64,000 bases of DNA, from NCBI GenBank assembly GCA_030390025.1, contig CM059433.1, forward strand, positions 26,662,001 to 26,726,000. Direction: 5' to 3'. The notes under the pieces were generated by a model that was not told the DNA's origin, did not search any database, and saw nothing but the letters and a program-made list of their open reading frames with translations. This DNA is from Squalus acanthias. Lineage: Eukaryota. Shown here piece by piece: positions 35,286 to 49,565 of this stretch. The translations under genes and the position numbers were made by a program. Positions within the stretch are counted from its first letter, which is position 1. Each line of letters starts with the position of its first letter.

Positions 35286-36404
35286 CACCTTATGCAAAAT
35301 TCAACCCATCTGGCATAGAAACAAAATTAATATTTCTTATCCATTACCTTCACCTTTAAGCATATTGAAACTTGTTTTTCAATAGTCCATACACTTAATT
35401 AGTTCAGCTTGCTTTGAATGCTATGAATCTCCATTACACTTATCACAGAGCCACGTAGCTTGTTACCGGCACAAGAGTTTGTAATATTACAAGATGTGCT
35501 GTCCTTCATGTCAGTTGTGAAAAAACAAAAAGGGACCCAGGACAGATATAACACAGATCAATGTTAAAAGCTATGCCATAATTATTTATGTTTCATCTGC
35601 TTCATCTCTTGTACCGTGCTGTGTTCGTTAGGCCGGAACCCATTGTAAACAAGTTTAACTGGGGTATATGCTGTAGCAATCATTAACAAATAAGACTGAA
35701 GGAAGCAGTTGACAACTTGTATATCAAGTGGATAATATGAACAAGGTAACCAATAGAGACAGCAAAATAAATGTTTCAATGAACGTTAATGTATCCGGAG
35801 GCTGTGGATATCTACTAAAATACGACTGATTTTCGTCAAATGACAAAAAAACTTAGCAGAGGCTCAAGTCCGCAAAAAGAGTTCAGGAAATCTCAAGGGA
35901 AAGAGCAGGATTTAGAGCAAGGCGGAGAGGAGGACATAACCCATGACAATAGAGCTTGGGGGAGAGAGGAGGAGCACTTTTCCCTCATTCTGCCGCCTCT
36001 GATGGTTGTTAGCTATAGACTTAGGAATGGTCACAATGCTCACCCTTTAAATGATGCTGATGAAACCATTCCAGAAAAGCTAAAATACAGTCGATGAGAA
36101 ATACATATAAATATGAAAAGTATATTGTAAACTACTTCGAGATGAATTGTTTTGCTTTTTAAAACAATAAACCAGAACTGCCAAGTGTTTAAATGCATTT
36201 ATTCTCACTCCAACCACATCCTCCCACCTGCCCGAAACCCACTCCAGTTAAAATTCCCCTCAGTGACTCTATTACATTTGCCCCCTCCCACAATTTCCTC
36301 CCTCCTATTTTGAAGGCCCTGACTCATCCATGGGAACTGGATACAACAGCCTGACAACCTATCAGCCAACATCCACCATCACCATCCATGGGTATGTAGT
36401 GATA

Positions 36405-38858
36405 TACAGTACTCCTCCATGTTGAACACCACTTGGAAGAAGCACTGAGTTGTACCATCATTGACCGAGCTGCCAAGTCCTGAAAGACATAGCTGCCAGA
36501 CTGGGCTTGTAGCAGGAAGTGAGAGAACCAACACAAGGGAATAACCTACTTGACCTTGTCCTCATCGATCTACCTTTCACAGATGCAACCGCCCCTGACA
36601 GTATTGATAGGAGTGATCACCATACAGTCCTCGTGGAGACCAAATCCCATCTTCACACTAGACACCCTCCATCTCGTTGTGTGGCACTACCACCATACTA
36701 AATGGGATTAATTAAGAACAGATTGAGCAGCTCAAAACTGGGCATCCATGAGGTGCTGTGAGCCATCAGCAGCAGCAGAATTGTATTCCACCACAATTTG
36801 TAACCTCATGGCTTGGCTTATCCCTCACTCCTCCATTACTATCAAGTCAGGTGACCAACCCTGGTTCAATGAGGAGTGTACAAGACCATGCCTGGAGCTG
36901 CAACATGTGTACCTGAAAATGAGGTGCCAAGCTGATGAAACTACAACACAGGACTACATGTTTGCTAAACTGCAGAAGCAGCATGCTATAGACAGAGCTA
37001 AGTGACTCCACAACCAACGGATCAGATCAAAGCTCTGCAGTCCTGCCACATCCAGTCGTGAGCGGTGATGGACAATTAAACAACTAACGGGAGGAGGAGG
37101 CTCCATGAACATCTTCATCCTTAATGATGGCAGAGCCCAGCACATGAGTGCAAAAGACAAGGCTGAAGTGTTCGCAACCATCTTCAGCCTGAAGTGCCGA
37201 GTGGATGATCCATCTCAGCGTCCTCCTGCGGTTCCCACCATCACAGATGCCAGTCTTCAGCCAATTTGATTCACTCCACGTGACATCAAGAAATGGCTGA
37301 GAGCACTGGACACAGCAAAGGCTATGGGCCCTAACAACATCCCGGCTGTAGTGCTGAAGATCTGTGCTCCAGAACGAGCCACACCATCAGCTAAGCTGTT
37401 CCAGTACAGCTACAACATTGCCATCTACCCGACAATGTGGAAAATTGCCCAGGTATGTCCTGTACACAAAAAACAGGACAAATCCAATCCGGTCAATTAC
37501 CACCCCATCAGTCTACTCTCAATCATCAGCAAAGTGATGGAAGGTGTCGTCGACAGTGCTATCAAGCGGTACTTTCTCACCAGTAACCTGCTCACTGATG
37601 CCCAGTTTGGGTTCCGCCAGGACCACTCAGCTCCAGACCTCACTAAAGCCTTGGTTCAAACATGGATAAAAGAGCTGAATTCTAGAGGTGAGGTGAGAGT
37701 GACTGCCCTTGACATCAAGGCAGCATTTGACCAAGTGTGACATCAAGGAGACCTAGTAAAATTGAAGTCAATGGTGATCAGGGGGAAAACTCTCTAGTGG
37801 CTGAAGTCATACCTAGCACAAAGGAAGATGGTTGTGGTCATTTGAGGCCAATCCTATCAGGTCCAGGACACCGCTGCAGGAGTTCCTCAGGGCAGTGTCC
37901 TAGGCCCAACCATCCTCAGCTGCTTCATCAATGACCTTCCCTCCATCATAAGGTCAGAAGTGAGGATGTTCGCTGATGATTGTACAGTGTTCAGTTCAAT
38001 TCAGAATTCCTCAGGTAATGAAGTAGTTCATGCCCACATGCAACAAGACCTGGGCATTATCCAGGCTTGGGCTGATAACTGGCAAGTAACATTCGTGCCA
38101 CACAAGTGTCAGGCAATAACTATCTCCAACAAGAAAGAGACTAACCACCTCCCCTTGACATTCAATGGCAGCACCATCGCCAAATCCCCCACTATCAACA
38201 TCCTGGGATCACCACTGACCAGAAACTTAACTGGACCAGCCACATAAATGATTTGGCTACTAGAGCAGGTCAGAGGCTGGGTATTCTGCAGCGAGTGACT
38301 CACTTCCTGACTCCCCAGAGCCTCTCTACCACTTGCAAGGCACAAGTCAGGAGTGTGATGGAATACTATCTATTTGCTGGGATGAGTACAGCTCCAATAA
38401 CACTCAAGAAGTTTGACGCCATCCAGGACAAAGCAGTCTGCTTGATTGGCAGTTCATCCACCACCTTAAATATTCACTCCCTCCACCACCAGTGCACTGT
38501 GGCTGCAGTGTGTACTACCTATAGGATGCACTGCAGCAACTCGCCAAGACTTCTTCGACAGCACCTCCCAAACCCGCGACCTCCACCTCTTAGAAGGACA
38601 AGGACAGCAGGCACATGAAAACACCATCACCTCCAGTTTCCCCTCCAAGACACACACCATCCTGACTTGGACATATATCACCGTTCCTTCATTGTAGCTG
38701 GGTCAAAATCCTGGAACTCCCTGTGGGAGTACATTCACCACACGGACTGCATCGGTTCAAGAAGGCGGCTCACCACCACCTTCTTAAGGCAATTAGGGTT
38801 GGGCAATAAATGTTGGCCTTGCCAGCAACGTCCACATCCCGAGAATTAATTTTTAAAA
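36405..38858 (+). mobile_element. Family-B LINE, 5'-truncated, decayed APE-RT
   Basis: REPTQGNNLLDLVL, NYHPISLLS, QFGFR, LDIKAAFD, MFADD. Same 3' tail as 24335-24803. Confidence 0.92.
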
Positions 38859-38982
38859 AGTGCTTTTTCATAACAAGGGCTTTTTAACATAACATATTTG
38901 CACACTTCTTTGACTCAGTTGTTTGTTGGTACTGTTTTGTAGCTGAAGTCATTTTTTTTCAACCAATACTTTACTCTAGAAA

Positions 38983-39417
38983 GAAAGACTTGCATTTATA
39001 TAGCGCCTTTCATGAACTCAGAACATCCCAAAGCGCTTTACAGCCAATTAAGTACTTTTGAAGTGTAGTCACTTTTGTATGGTAGGAAACCATTTTTTTG
39101 CACAGCAAGATCCCACAAACAGCAGCCTGATAATCACCACATAATCTGTTTTTTAGGTGTTGGTTGACAGATAAATATTGGCCAGGACATTGGGGAGCAC
39201 TCCCCTGCTCTTCTTCGAAATAGTGCCATGCGATCTCTTACGTCCGCCTGAGACGGCAGATGGGGCTTTGGTTTATCACTTCATCTGAAAGACGATACCT
39301 CCGACAGTGCACTGGAGTGTCAATTTAGATTTTGTCCTCAAGTCCCTGGGGTGGGACTTGAACCCATAACTTGCTGACTCAGTGGCGAGAATACTACCAC
39401 TGACCCACGGCTGACAC
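38983..39417 (-). mobile_element. tRNA-derived Deu-domain SINE
   Basis: A-box-like TGGGTCAGTGG and B box GGGTTCAAGTCCC. Core ATGGCACTATTTCGAAGAAGAGCAGGGGAGT..TGTCCTGGCCAA. Tail AAAGGCGCTATATAAATGCAAGTCTTTCTTTC. Confidence 0.85.
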
Positions 39418-39420
39418 CTG

Positions 39421-39974
39421 GGGGGGAGGGTGTGGGAGTAGAAGTTAAACTTACGACCATCTATTTTGCACCTGAAAAAAGGGTGGACAGGAGTTGAAAA
39501 TTGAGGGGGCACCTCACCCACCTCATTGATGCCCAAAGCCTGCCTGATACCATATTCAGGTGAGCCTATGCCAAAAGGAGTCCTACGCCGGTTGTAGGAC
39601 CCTGCTGCAAAATTCAGTTACAAATGGGCCATGCCTAGTTGTACCAGTTTTTGTGCAGCCTGACCAGCCACAAACAGCAGCAAAACTTTTTCAAAGTTAT
39701 ATTTTGTGGAGCTAGAAGGAGCAGGCTCGACCCCCCTCGGCTTTGCCCCACTCCCCCCAAGATTTACTTACTCTTGGCATTAGAGCTGGACAGATTTCAC
39801 CAGTCCCCGACTGGTAAGCTGTATCGGGACGGCTGTTTGCTGCCCGCAGCTCGCCACTTTCATTCAAATGAGGCCCTATGCTGAGTTTGGCTCAGGCTTC
39901 AGGTTGGCACGGATGGGCACACGGAGCACTGCTGACTTGCCGGCCATTTTGTCTGCAATTCAAATTTCTCCCCT
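39421..39974. mobile_element. Decayed Harbinger-type MITE
   Basis: Right end AAATTTCTCCCC. Candidate CTG TSD at 39418-39420 and 39975-39977. Left TIR is degenerate. Confidence 0.55.
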
Positions 39975-40122
39975 CTGGTGTGAAACTTGCTGCAATGATG
40001 CAATTCATGCAAGGCAGTTGGAAAATAGCCCCATTATAAAATGGTAACAAACAGCTCCCAAGATGACCTCTCTAGTTGTTCTAAAATCTACCACAATTTT
40101 TTTACAGCAACAGATAACCTAC

Positions 40123-40271
40123 CATCCATTATTTCCACACAAAGTTGCAAGCCTAGATTATGCTGTGGGTTTACTACCCAGTGATTGCTGGTAGCAGTGA
40201 TATCGAAGACAAGCCATCCTCCATCTGATGCTCGGATCTTCTTGCTGTCCAGCAGAAAGAGGTCAGCATCC
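40123..40271 (-). CDS. BMP5: BMP5 internal coding exon (exon 3 equivalent, 149 bp)
   Basis: (R)[49 protein letters not shown](G). Acceptor ctag|G, donor G|gtaggt. The phase 2 join with the previous exon gives AG+G = Arg. Confidence 0.93.
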
Positions 40272-40322
40272 CTAGTAAATAGAAATACAGCCAGCAATGA
40301 GTTACAATGCAGACCAATAGAT

Positions 40323-40690
40323 AAGAACTTGCATTTATATAGCACATTTCACATCCTCAGTAAATCCCAAAGTGTTTCACAATCAATGAATTACTTTTGA
40401 AGTATAGTCACTACTGTTTTGTAGGCAAGCATGGCAATGAGATAAGTCACCAGATAATCTGTTTTGAAGATGTTGGTTGAGGGATAAATGTTTCCTGGGA
40501 CACAGAATAATTTCAAGTAGTGCCATGGACTCTTTTGCATCCACCTGAATGGGCAGATTGTGTCTCATTTTAACACCTTATTTAAAAAATGGCACCTCCA
40601 ATAATATCAGCCTAGATTTTATGCTCAAGAGTGGGGTTTGAACCCATTACCTTTTGACTTAAAGGCAAGAGCGCTTCACACTTAACCAAG
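40323..40690 (-). mobile_element. Deu-domain SINE ending about 50 bp upstream of the BMP5 exon-3 acceptor
   Basis: Homologous to 38983-39417. B box GGGTTCAAACCCC. Confidence 0.8.
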
Positions 40691-43218
40691 CTAATACTGC
40701 AAACACGCATTCTCACAAAATTCATTGTGGAATGTATGGCACATAGATACAGATTTACTTCTCAAAAAATAAAGGGAACACAAGAGGATATAAAATATAT
40801 CAATAGGCTTGAAACTCCAGCCCCATTCCATCATCAGAAATAGTTTCTGTTGTTCTTAAAGATGATGTAATGGGTGGAATTCCTGGGGTAGCCCGGGAAC
40901 ACCCGCATACACCACCCCCCCCCCCACCCCCAAAGCAGTCTGCAGTGCTGGGAAGGGCGTGCGGAAGACTTGTCCACTTCCCAGTCAGAATTTGCACTGT
41001 GTCGTAAATGGGGAAACAAACCAGACACATCCCGGTTCTGCCCCAATTTCCAGCTCTCCCCCATGGGAAATCCACCCATTTTGTGCGCTTCCTTCTCCCA
41101 AGAATTCAGGTCCAATGTTTCTACATCAAAATGCGTAAAGCGATAGCTGCAAAAATGTTATAGGCACAAAGTACACATACTATAATGTGAGAAATTGGCA
41201 ATTCACCCTTCCCCCTTCCCCTAAAGATTAGGGCATAACACAGCCTTGCAAAGACGGTCAGTTGATAATTATATCTTCCTGGTATTGCTCTTTCAGGCAG
41301 CTAATGCTGATTACTGTGCAGCTTCAATCTCTTTTACTCTGTAATTCTGTAATGCTACAAATGCTAGAATGGCCACACAAGGAGAACATTTCTTACCTCC
41401 CATGGGTGCATCTGAGATGGCAGCAGTCATATAATTGGAGCGGCCTTGACCTGCCACTCCAGAACTGGTCAAATGGAAAGGTACCACTACCTAATAAATT
41501 GTATTTAGTACTCTCTGGAGTCTGAAATGTGAAATCTCTGACTAATGGCCAGTGTGTTCTTTGAACTGCTCAAAAGTTTGTAATTAATTAGACATGTCTC
41601 ATGTGATGGTTCTTTAAGTGTAACCACCTAAAATAAACATTCCCAATCTTGGGGGTGATTTATGGGCTGTTCAGTGTAAGACCTTTGATTTTACTGTTAA
41701 CTGTCAATAGACAGAATTACATCCTATAAAGCAGTGAACGGCAAAGTTGAGGCAATAGAAATTTCAAACATCTAGAACTTTTGTTACTTAAAGTATAGCA
41801 AATGGATTTTCCAATATACTGTAACATTCTTTGGTTGTACTATACTTTGCTGTTCTTTCACCTTAATATCCCACCATCGACAAGTGGTAAGAAATTAAAA
41901 TAGAGAGCTGTTTGGTTAAAAATTGTAGAAAGTTTTGCTCATTGAGGCTCATCAATTGAAACAAAAACAAGGGAAGGTAATCAAAATATACTGACTACTG
42001 CAGAAACATCAACTTCTTGAAAAGATAAACGTGCATTAGATAACTGACTTTGGTAAAGCAATATGTTTGAGTGCCTGTGGCAGAAACTGATTCAGATTAT
42101 TAATCCACAACATGAGAAGTTCCAGCTCTGAACATTTCAGTGTACTCCGGTTGCTTTCATTCCTAGAATGTACTTTGGAATCATCTTTTTGTTCAATAAT
42201 GAGTACCTAGTGCCGACTATAATCTGAAAAATGTTGGCACTAATTGGAAATTTCACTCAGACAAGTCACAGGGATGGCTGGTGTGGGAAGTGGAAATGCT
42301 CGCACTGGTGAATAGAGGTAGTCTTATGAGTCTGTGGGTAAGCCATATTGTTGGGGCGAAATAAAGGGAGCTTTGCTCTGCATCCACTGTTTCACCTGAC
42401 CTCGGTGTGTCTGATGAGTGGAAAAAGTGCTTGGGGGCAGTTATACTGCCACAGTCATTTTGATGAAAAGCGGTTTCAGCTACACATTGAAAGTGGCAGT
42501 AAGAACTTGGGTGTCAGGTACCAGTCTGACTCCTGAATGCGCTAAACCCAAACAGTGTGTGACAAAGGAAGGGAGCAAAACTAGAAGGTGAGTCACCCCA
42601 AGGCTGCTCTTGTGCACCTCTGGAGCTAGTTTCAGAGCTGAGTTGAAAGAGACTTGAGAAGAAGTTGGTTGCCTTCCAGCGGGTTGACATGGGGCATGGG
42701 AGAGGGAGAGATCTAAAAGAGGGAAGAAAATAACTTTTGTAAAAAAGGAACCACATTGAAGAGAAAAAGTATGGATGAGCGCTCATCAGTAAGTCGCCTC
42801 AGTATCACCTGGTAACCAAATAGCCACTGAGTGCAATTATTGTTGATGTTGACACCAAAAATAAATGATTAAAGTATTGAGTCTTGATAAAATGCTCTGA
42901 GATTTTCTTCCAGTAATATCACTTTTTGAGGTATCTTTGAAAACCTCATGTGCTCAAAAGTGTATAAGTTCATTAAAGTGAAGGTAATTAGGGGATACAT
43001 TATTACTTTCCCATATAATGTACGTATGTTCAATTTCAACTCCAGAGAGAGCCTACATTTTATGTGACTGTGTACTGAGATAAAAGGAGACTTGAATCTC
43101 TCTGGAGTCACATCTTCCTCAAAGCTATGCCTACAAAATTGTCAGTAGAGTAACACACTGACCTCCCACAATAATGGCACAATAGGAATGGCAATAGAGT
43201 CATAGTCATAGAGTAAAA

Positions 43219-43924
43219 GGGCTGGATTTTGATACTAGGGCGGGCTGTGGTCGTGTCATCCACTTTTCGTGTTATCCACCCGACTGCAATTGGATGTGGG
43301 CGATTGATGCGATTTTCACCTAATTGGGCAATTGAGTTCCAGCATGTGGGAACCCATGAACCAGTTAGTGTTTTCAGTCTGAAAGTCACCTCTGATGATG
43401 TCATCATTGCTGCTGCATTGAAGGTCTGCAAAGACTGCCTGGCCTTTGCTGTGAGAGGACCTGGATGCAAAATGAGCAGCAGCAGCCCTAAGTCTGCTCC
43501 CAGATATTTTTGCACCACCACCACCACTCCCAGATATGATTCCTCCTCCTCCTCCTCCTACTACTACTACCACTACTACTACTACCTAATAGTGGACCTG
43601 CAGCTGATAGTCAGCTATCCAAATGTGCTCCCGCCAGGTTTCACATTCGTGGTTCAGAACAGGCGTGCTTCACGTAGGAAAAGGGTTAAAATCACAAAGG
43701 CCTTTCAAAATGGCATTATAGAGGCAATTTAGTGCTTGTTAAGGGCCTTAACAGCCTATCCCGCCTCTTGGAGGCGGGACGGAGTCGGGACCAGCAGACA
43801 CGATTTAATGAAAATTGCATGGAGGCGGGATGGAGGCGGGCTTGTGCCCGCCCGCCAGTTTTCACAATTTTAACCCCCTATACACCTCTAAACCCACCTC
43901 CACGGGTCAATGAAAATCCAGCCC
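43219..43924. mobile_element. Harbinger-type MITE 2 (copy b), in a CR1 tail
   Basis: Same TIR and highly similar body to 30822-31532. Flanks are AAA/ATA. Confidence 0.9.
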
Positions 43925-44692
43925 ATAGAGTTATACTGCACAGAAAGAGGCCCTTCGGCCCATCGTGTCTGCGCCGGCCATCAAGCCCTATCTATTCTAA
44001 TCCCATTTTCCAGCACTTGGTCCGTAGCCTTGTATGCTATGGCATTTCAAGTGCTCATCTAAATGCTTCTTGAATGTTGTGAGGGTTCCTGCCACTACCA
44101 CCCTTTCAGGCAGTGAGTTCCAGATTCCAACCACTCTCTGGGTGAAAAAGTTTTTCCTCAAATCCCCTCTAAACCTCCTGCCCCTTACCTTGAAACTATG
44201 CCCCTTGGTTATTGGCCCCTCTACTAAGGGGAAAAGTTCCTTTCTATCTACCCTATCAAGCCCCTCATAATTTTGTACACCTCAATCAGGTCCCCCCTCA
44301 GCCTTCTCTGCTTCTAAGGAAAACAACCCCAGCCTGTCCAGTCTCTCTTCATAGCTGAAACGCTCCAGCCCAGGTAACATCCTGGTGAATCTCCTCTGCA
44401 CCCTCTCCAATGCAATCACATCCTTCCTATAGTGTGGTGACCAGAACTGCACACAGTATTCCAGCTGTGGCCTAACTAGCATTTTGTACAGCTCCATCAT
44501 AACCTCCCTGCTCTTATATTCTATGCCTCAGCTAATGAAGGCAAGTATCCCATATGCCTTCTTAACCACCTTATCTACCTGTCCTGCTGCCTTCAGGGAT
44601 CTATGTACATGCACACCAAGGTCCCTCTGATCCTCTGTCCTTCCTAGGGTCCTACCATTCATTGTGTATTCCCTTGCCTTGTTAGTCCTCCA
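43925..44692 (-). mobile_element. CR1 3' fragment
   Basis: QRDLGVHVH, LVRPQLEYCVQFWSPHYRKD. Its tail continues at 43195-43218, beyond the MITE. Confidence 0.9.
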
Positions 44693-44774
44693 GTATGTAC
44701 TAAATATCAAAATAAATGTAAGCCAGAAATCTTTTTATGAACAGTGATAACACTTATAATCTATAGAGAATTTA

Positions 44775-44904
44775 GGGGCAATTCTACAAAGCTCCCCTTC
44801 AGGCGAGAGCCTCACTGGATGGGAATGCAGGTTGGAGATATGGCAATAACACTACAGCTAATTCTGCAACTGCATTTTTGTCCATTGCCTCACAAAATTG
44901 CCCC
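44775..44904. mobile_element. 130-bp Tourist-like MITE
   Basis: TIR GGGGCAATT / AATTGCCCC with a TTA TSD on both sides. Confidence 0.8.
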
Positions 44905-45718
44905 TTACATAGAAAGCTGAATTAATAACTATCATACAATGAAAGAGCTCAATAATTAACTATCATGGAATGTGTGAAAACTGTATTAAGCCTACATATA
45001 TTTGTAAGCATTTCATTTTGTAAGATATTATTTTGTACAGTAATAGGTGGGATTCATTTTATTGTCCTGTTTGGAAATTTCAAACTGTTTAAGATATAAA
45101 TTAATAAAATAATTCTTCCAATATATAATGTTACACCTTCTCATGAAGTTATTCCTAACAACCAGTCATTTTCTGTTTCTCCTTTGCTTCCAGTTTCTCA
45201 CTTAGTTACTATATTGTAATAACACTGAATGAAACAATACAAATTTTCAGCTTTGCAAGAGTTATTACAGTTTAACTCAATTGCCAACATATCCATCTTA
45301 ACTATCTCTTAAACATACAACAATCTTGTCATATTTCATGGTACACTGACAGGAAGCAGTTTTCAAGAATGGAAATCACTTTTTTTTTAATTCCAATATT
45401 AAATGGTAATCATTCAGAAAAGGCAATTTCTAACTATTGGTTGAATCAGTTTTTAATGGATGTTATTGTGTTTTTTCCAATTATTATGCAACATCTGCAA
45501 ATCAAAGAGCCTTTTTGATCACTGTCATTGAGTATATACTACATAGAGCACTGAAGGAGGCCATTCGGCCCATCGTGCCTGTGCCGGCTCTTTGAAAGAG
45601 CTATCCAATTAGTCCCACTCCCCTGCTCTTTCCTGATTGCCATGTAATCTTTTCCTATATTATAACAAAACAGATTATGGCACCTTAATAATATGTCTAT
45701 ATTTAATTGAATACTTAC

Positions 45719-45911
45719 CTATTAGTATATTCTTTAACAACCTGGTATATAGTAATCCTAAAGGTGTCATTTTCATATCTATTGTTGCTTCGATCTTTGT
45801 AAATGCGGAATTCTGCTGCTGTTACTGCCTCTCCTTCAGGAATCTGTGTGAGATCAAATCGGAATTCCTTGTAGTGCCTTCGCTGGTGAGAAAAATACTT
45901 GTCTCTTTCAA
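45719..45911 (-). CDS. BMP5: BMP5 internal coding exon (exon 2 equivalent, 193 bp), TGF-beta propeptide
   Basis: Minus strand reads (V)[63 protein letters not shown](R). Acceptor cttag| follows a pyrimidine tract; donor is AG|gtaagt. Not in the ORF track; translated by hand. Confidence 0.93.
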
Positions 45912-47079
45912 CTAAGATAAGGAATAAGAAAAAAAGAAAAAAATTGGTATCACTTATGGCCTTAACTACATGTGGTAGAAGAACAACCTTTTCTTTTCCC
46001 CGTTATATTGCTTGGTTTACGCCTCCATCTAAGCTATTTTTGTCAGTTGAGAATAGTCCTGGACTGAGCACAGCTAACCACAAAGGGCAAAAAAAATCGA
46101 ATGGAGAAGAATAATATTCTGTGCTCTCACCACATTTCCTTTTAAATGACAGATGGGCTGTCAATGAAGAGAAACAGATTTCAGTATTTTCAAGCTTTTC
46201 ATCACTTTATAAAATACAATCAAAATTTGTACCAGCACGGGGGGGGGAGGGTAATTAGTGGCATTCATAAATAAGCAGGGCAAAAGATCACCATCAAACT
46301 GTAAAATGGTATGTTTTGCCTTTGCCTTCCAACATCCACAGAAGATCTTTCAATGAAAATAAATTCATTGTAGTATTCTGGGAATAAGACGATCAAACTG
46401 TGAGTGTACTGTGCCAAAATGGCTAGTGCCTCCATTCCATGCTATTTATTTATTTAAAACAAAAAGGTGCTACAATTACAAGGATAACCATATAATTTTT
46501 CTTTGCTTGAGGTACTGTATTTTGAAAGAAATGCATTCAATCTCTTCAATCGGTAACACTGGAGGGATGAATGACAGTTCTCACACTGTTATCAGGTGCA
46601 TTAGTCATGCCCAAATACACAACACAATTTCTGCCCTAGTTACATACGGTAAATGTGCCAGTCACCGTGTGCCCCATTTCATTCCTTTGGTTTGCTGAGG
46701 AGCCAGTGGTGCTTTTGGTTGCTCAGTTGATTTTCAGCTTTTGCCGAGAGGCAGATTAAGCAAAGTGAACCTCTGGGGTTCAACGGCGTGGCATTGTTTG
46801 AATAAAATAAAACCATTTGAATGTGATAGTAAATTTCAGCACCTTAGCAAATGTGAGGCTAAGTTTCCTTAAAATCCAAAAACAAATAATATGTCACGAA
46901 TGGGAATCCAAGTTCAAGACCAAACCTGGTACAGGAGATAACGTTCTCTTGTGTCAATGACAAAAGTTATGGATAAGAGTTATGGCGGGTTTTAAAACTG
47001 TGACCAGAGCATGTGAATCCACAGTATGGATGCCCTACCAAAGAAGGATAATGGAAATATCCAATGCAATAGAACTTGT

Positions 47080-48600
47080 TCTGAAATAAAAACAGAATAT
47101 GCTGGAAACACTCAACAGGCAGCATCTTTGGAGAGAGAAATAAAGTTAACGTTCCGGAAATTGCGGCCAGCGGCGAAGTGACGGCGAGCGCCGTTGATCT
47201 CGAAGAAAGCTGCCCACAAAGATCTCGCGATCTCTGTGGCAAAAACTTTAGCTTTCTCAACATTAATTTGATTGTAGCGCTGTCTATTGGGGATCTCCAG
47301 CGTCCAGCAGCAGTGATGGCATCAAGCTGGCTAAGCAGCCAATCACACTGAAGAATTCTCACAGACAGTAAACCAGGAAATAAAAGGCAGCTTTTATCAT
47401 TCACTTTTTAAATATTTTACAAAGAGTGAAATAAAGATTGGGACATACACGTGGGATTATGGTAGAAGTTGAAATATCATAAACAAACTTTAAAAACATT
47501 TTTTTATTATTTTAAAAATCTAGTAATTTTTATCATAATGGAGAAATTTGACATTCCACAAATATAGAATTAGTTTTTCTGGGCCAGAACGGTTATTCAA
47601 CAGTAGTTATTACTCAGAACTCTGTTAAAAACCCAGTTAGACCTCATTGAACAAGGCTTAACTTTTTAATGAGGTTTTTAACAGTGATATTGCAGCGGAA
47701 AAGGGGAAGTTTTCATCAGTTCAAGTAATTTTAGTGATTGCCAGCTATGGGGAGTTCCACAGCGCAACCTGTGGTGCAGCAGGGAATGACTGACCGCAAC
47801 TTCAGGATTTCTGCGTTTATCTGCACATGCGCTAAATCCTGAAGTTACGTTCAGTTTCAGAGGGGTAATGATGGTGAACGCTGACAGTTTCATCGTTATT
47901 ACCACCGCAATGTCCGGGCCAACATTTCAAGTCGATGACCTTTCGTTAGCACTGGAAGAAGTTAGAGATTTAACAGTTTATAAGCGAGTACAAGGCCAGC
48001 GAAACAAAGGAGGTGGAAGGAAAGAACAAAAGGGAAGGTCGTGGAAGGCAGGAGCGATTAAATGACAAAAGGGATGATAGTGCAAGGCAAAACGAGATGG
48101 TAATGGGATAATAAAGTAACAAAAGATGGGTCCAGAGGAGCTGTAAATGGCAACAGAATCAGTACCAGCACCTGGTGCACGAGAAAATGGGGGCAGAGGT
48201 TATGGTCTGAAATTGTTGAACTCAGTGTTGAGTCCTGAAGGCTGTAAAGTGCCTAATTGAAAGATGAGGTGTTGTTCATCGAGCCTGTGTTGAGCTTCAT
48301 TGGAGCAGTATAGGAGGCAGAGGACAGAGAGGTCAGAGTGGGAGTGGAATGAAGAATTAAAGTGGCAAGCGAGCAGAAGCTCAGGATCACGCTTGCGGAC
48401 TGAATGGAGGTGTTCCACAAAGTGATCACCCAATCTACGTTTGGTCTCTCCAATGTACAGGAGACCACAACATGAGCAGTGAATTGAAAGAAGTGCAAAT
48501 AAATAGCTGTTTCACCTGGAAGGAGTGTTTGGGGCTCTGGACGGTGGGAAGGGAGGACGTGAAAGGGTGTCTAGCATCCGCAGTGTTTTTCTTTTGTTTT
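47080..48600 (-). mobile_element. Decayed Penelope-like element (same family as 5180-5830), interrupted by a MITE
   Basis: ORF 48200..48433 GDHFVEHLHSVRKRDPELLLACHFN...EQHLIFQLGTLQPSGLN. The tail is split by the 47151-47920 insertion. Confidence 0.75.
47151..47920. mobile_element. 770-bp Harbinger-type MITE
   Basis: Ends GTTCCGGAAATTGCGG / CCGCAATGTCCGGGCC. AAC TSD. Removing it restores the Penelope tail. Confidence 0.75.
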
Positions 48601-49565
48601 AGGATTTCTTCTGAATTCAGGACTAAGCTACCCAGGCAATATAGCTGCATCCAGAATTACTACTGAGCCATTTTACATGCATCTGATGTTGTCTATCACT
48701 CTATAAAAAGAGAAAAAATGCCATTCCCCACCACAATCAGCCTTTTCCTTACTGTGCATTGACAAGCTGAACCGGCACCAAGACACAGAGACAGCAAGAC
48801 AATGTCTAGAAACTGGATCACGCCCAAGTTGGGAGGCAGTAACAAGAAACTGGAGGAGGAGAAGTGCACCTGCACGTGTTAACCCCAATGGAGGAGACAT
48901 GCTAGCCATCATGGGAAGAGGTATCATTGAGGCAGTGGCCAGAGTCGGCACTGGAGGAGTTGATGATGAGGGTATCTGCATTCTTAATCCTCCTTCTCTC
49001 TTCCCACTTCTTCCGTCTCCCTCATCTCATAATCTCTTCTGACTCACAAGCTGCCGATGGTGTAAGCATGCACTTCTTACTTTCTCCTCTCCTCTCACCA
49101 TAACCCAACCCTTGTCCCTTTTTCATTTCAGATACCCAAGAACTGGAACCTTCCCAGCCATAGGAGGATGAGGAAGAAGACAGAGAAGATGAAGAGACAC
49201 CATCACTCAATCTTACCCTCACAGCCACAAGCTGAGAGACTGACACTGCACATACTTTAGAGGATAGGATAGAAGAGGCACCTGCACGTGGTGAGATATC
49301 GGGCACAAATGCGCAGGAGTCAAGGCAGGAGGAGGTGGGGGGGAAGCAAGGATATCACAGGTCGTGCCCTAGTTCTACTGCAGAGGAGTCAGATGAGAAC
49401 TTCGATGGCACAGGCTATAGAAGAAGTCTGATGGGCATTCACAACACAATACTTGGTGCACTGGAAAGTCTGCCAGAAAGCCTGTGCACAATGTCAAGAA
49501 GCATGGAGCAGTCCAGCACCAACTTGGCACAGGTCTTTGCGCAGAGCTTGGAGCCTATCCTTTTC

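Noticed and set aside
8192..45911. BMP6 or BMP7 identity
   Set aside because: These paralogues share exon structure, but [28 protein letters not shown] and [10 protein letters not shown] match BMP5 as I recall it. A phylogeny or synteny check would confirm.
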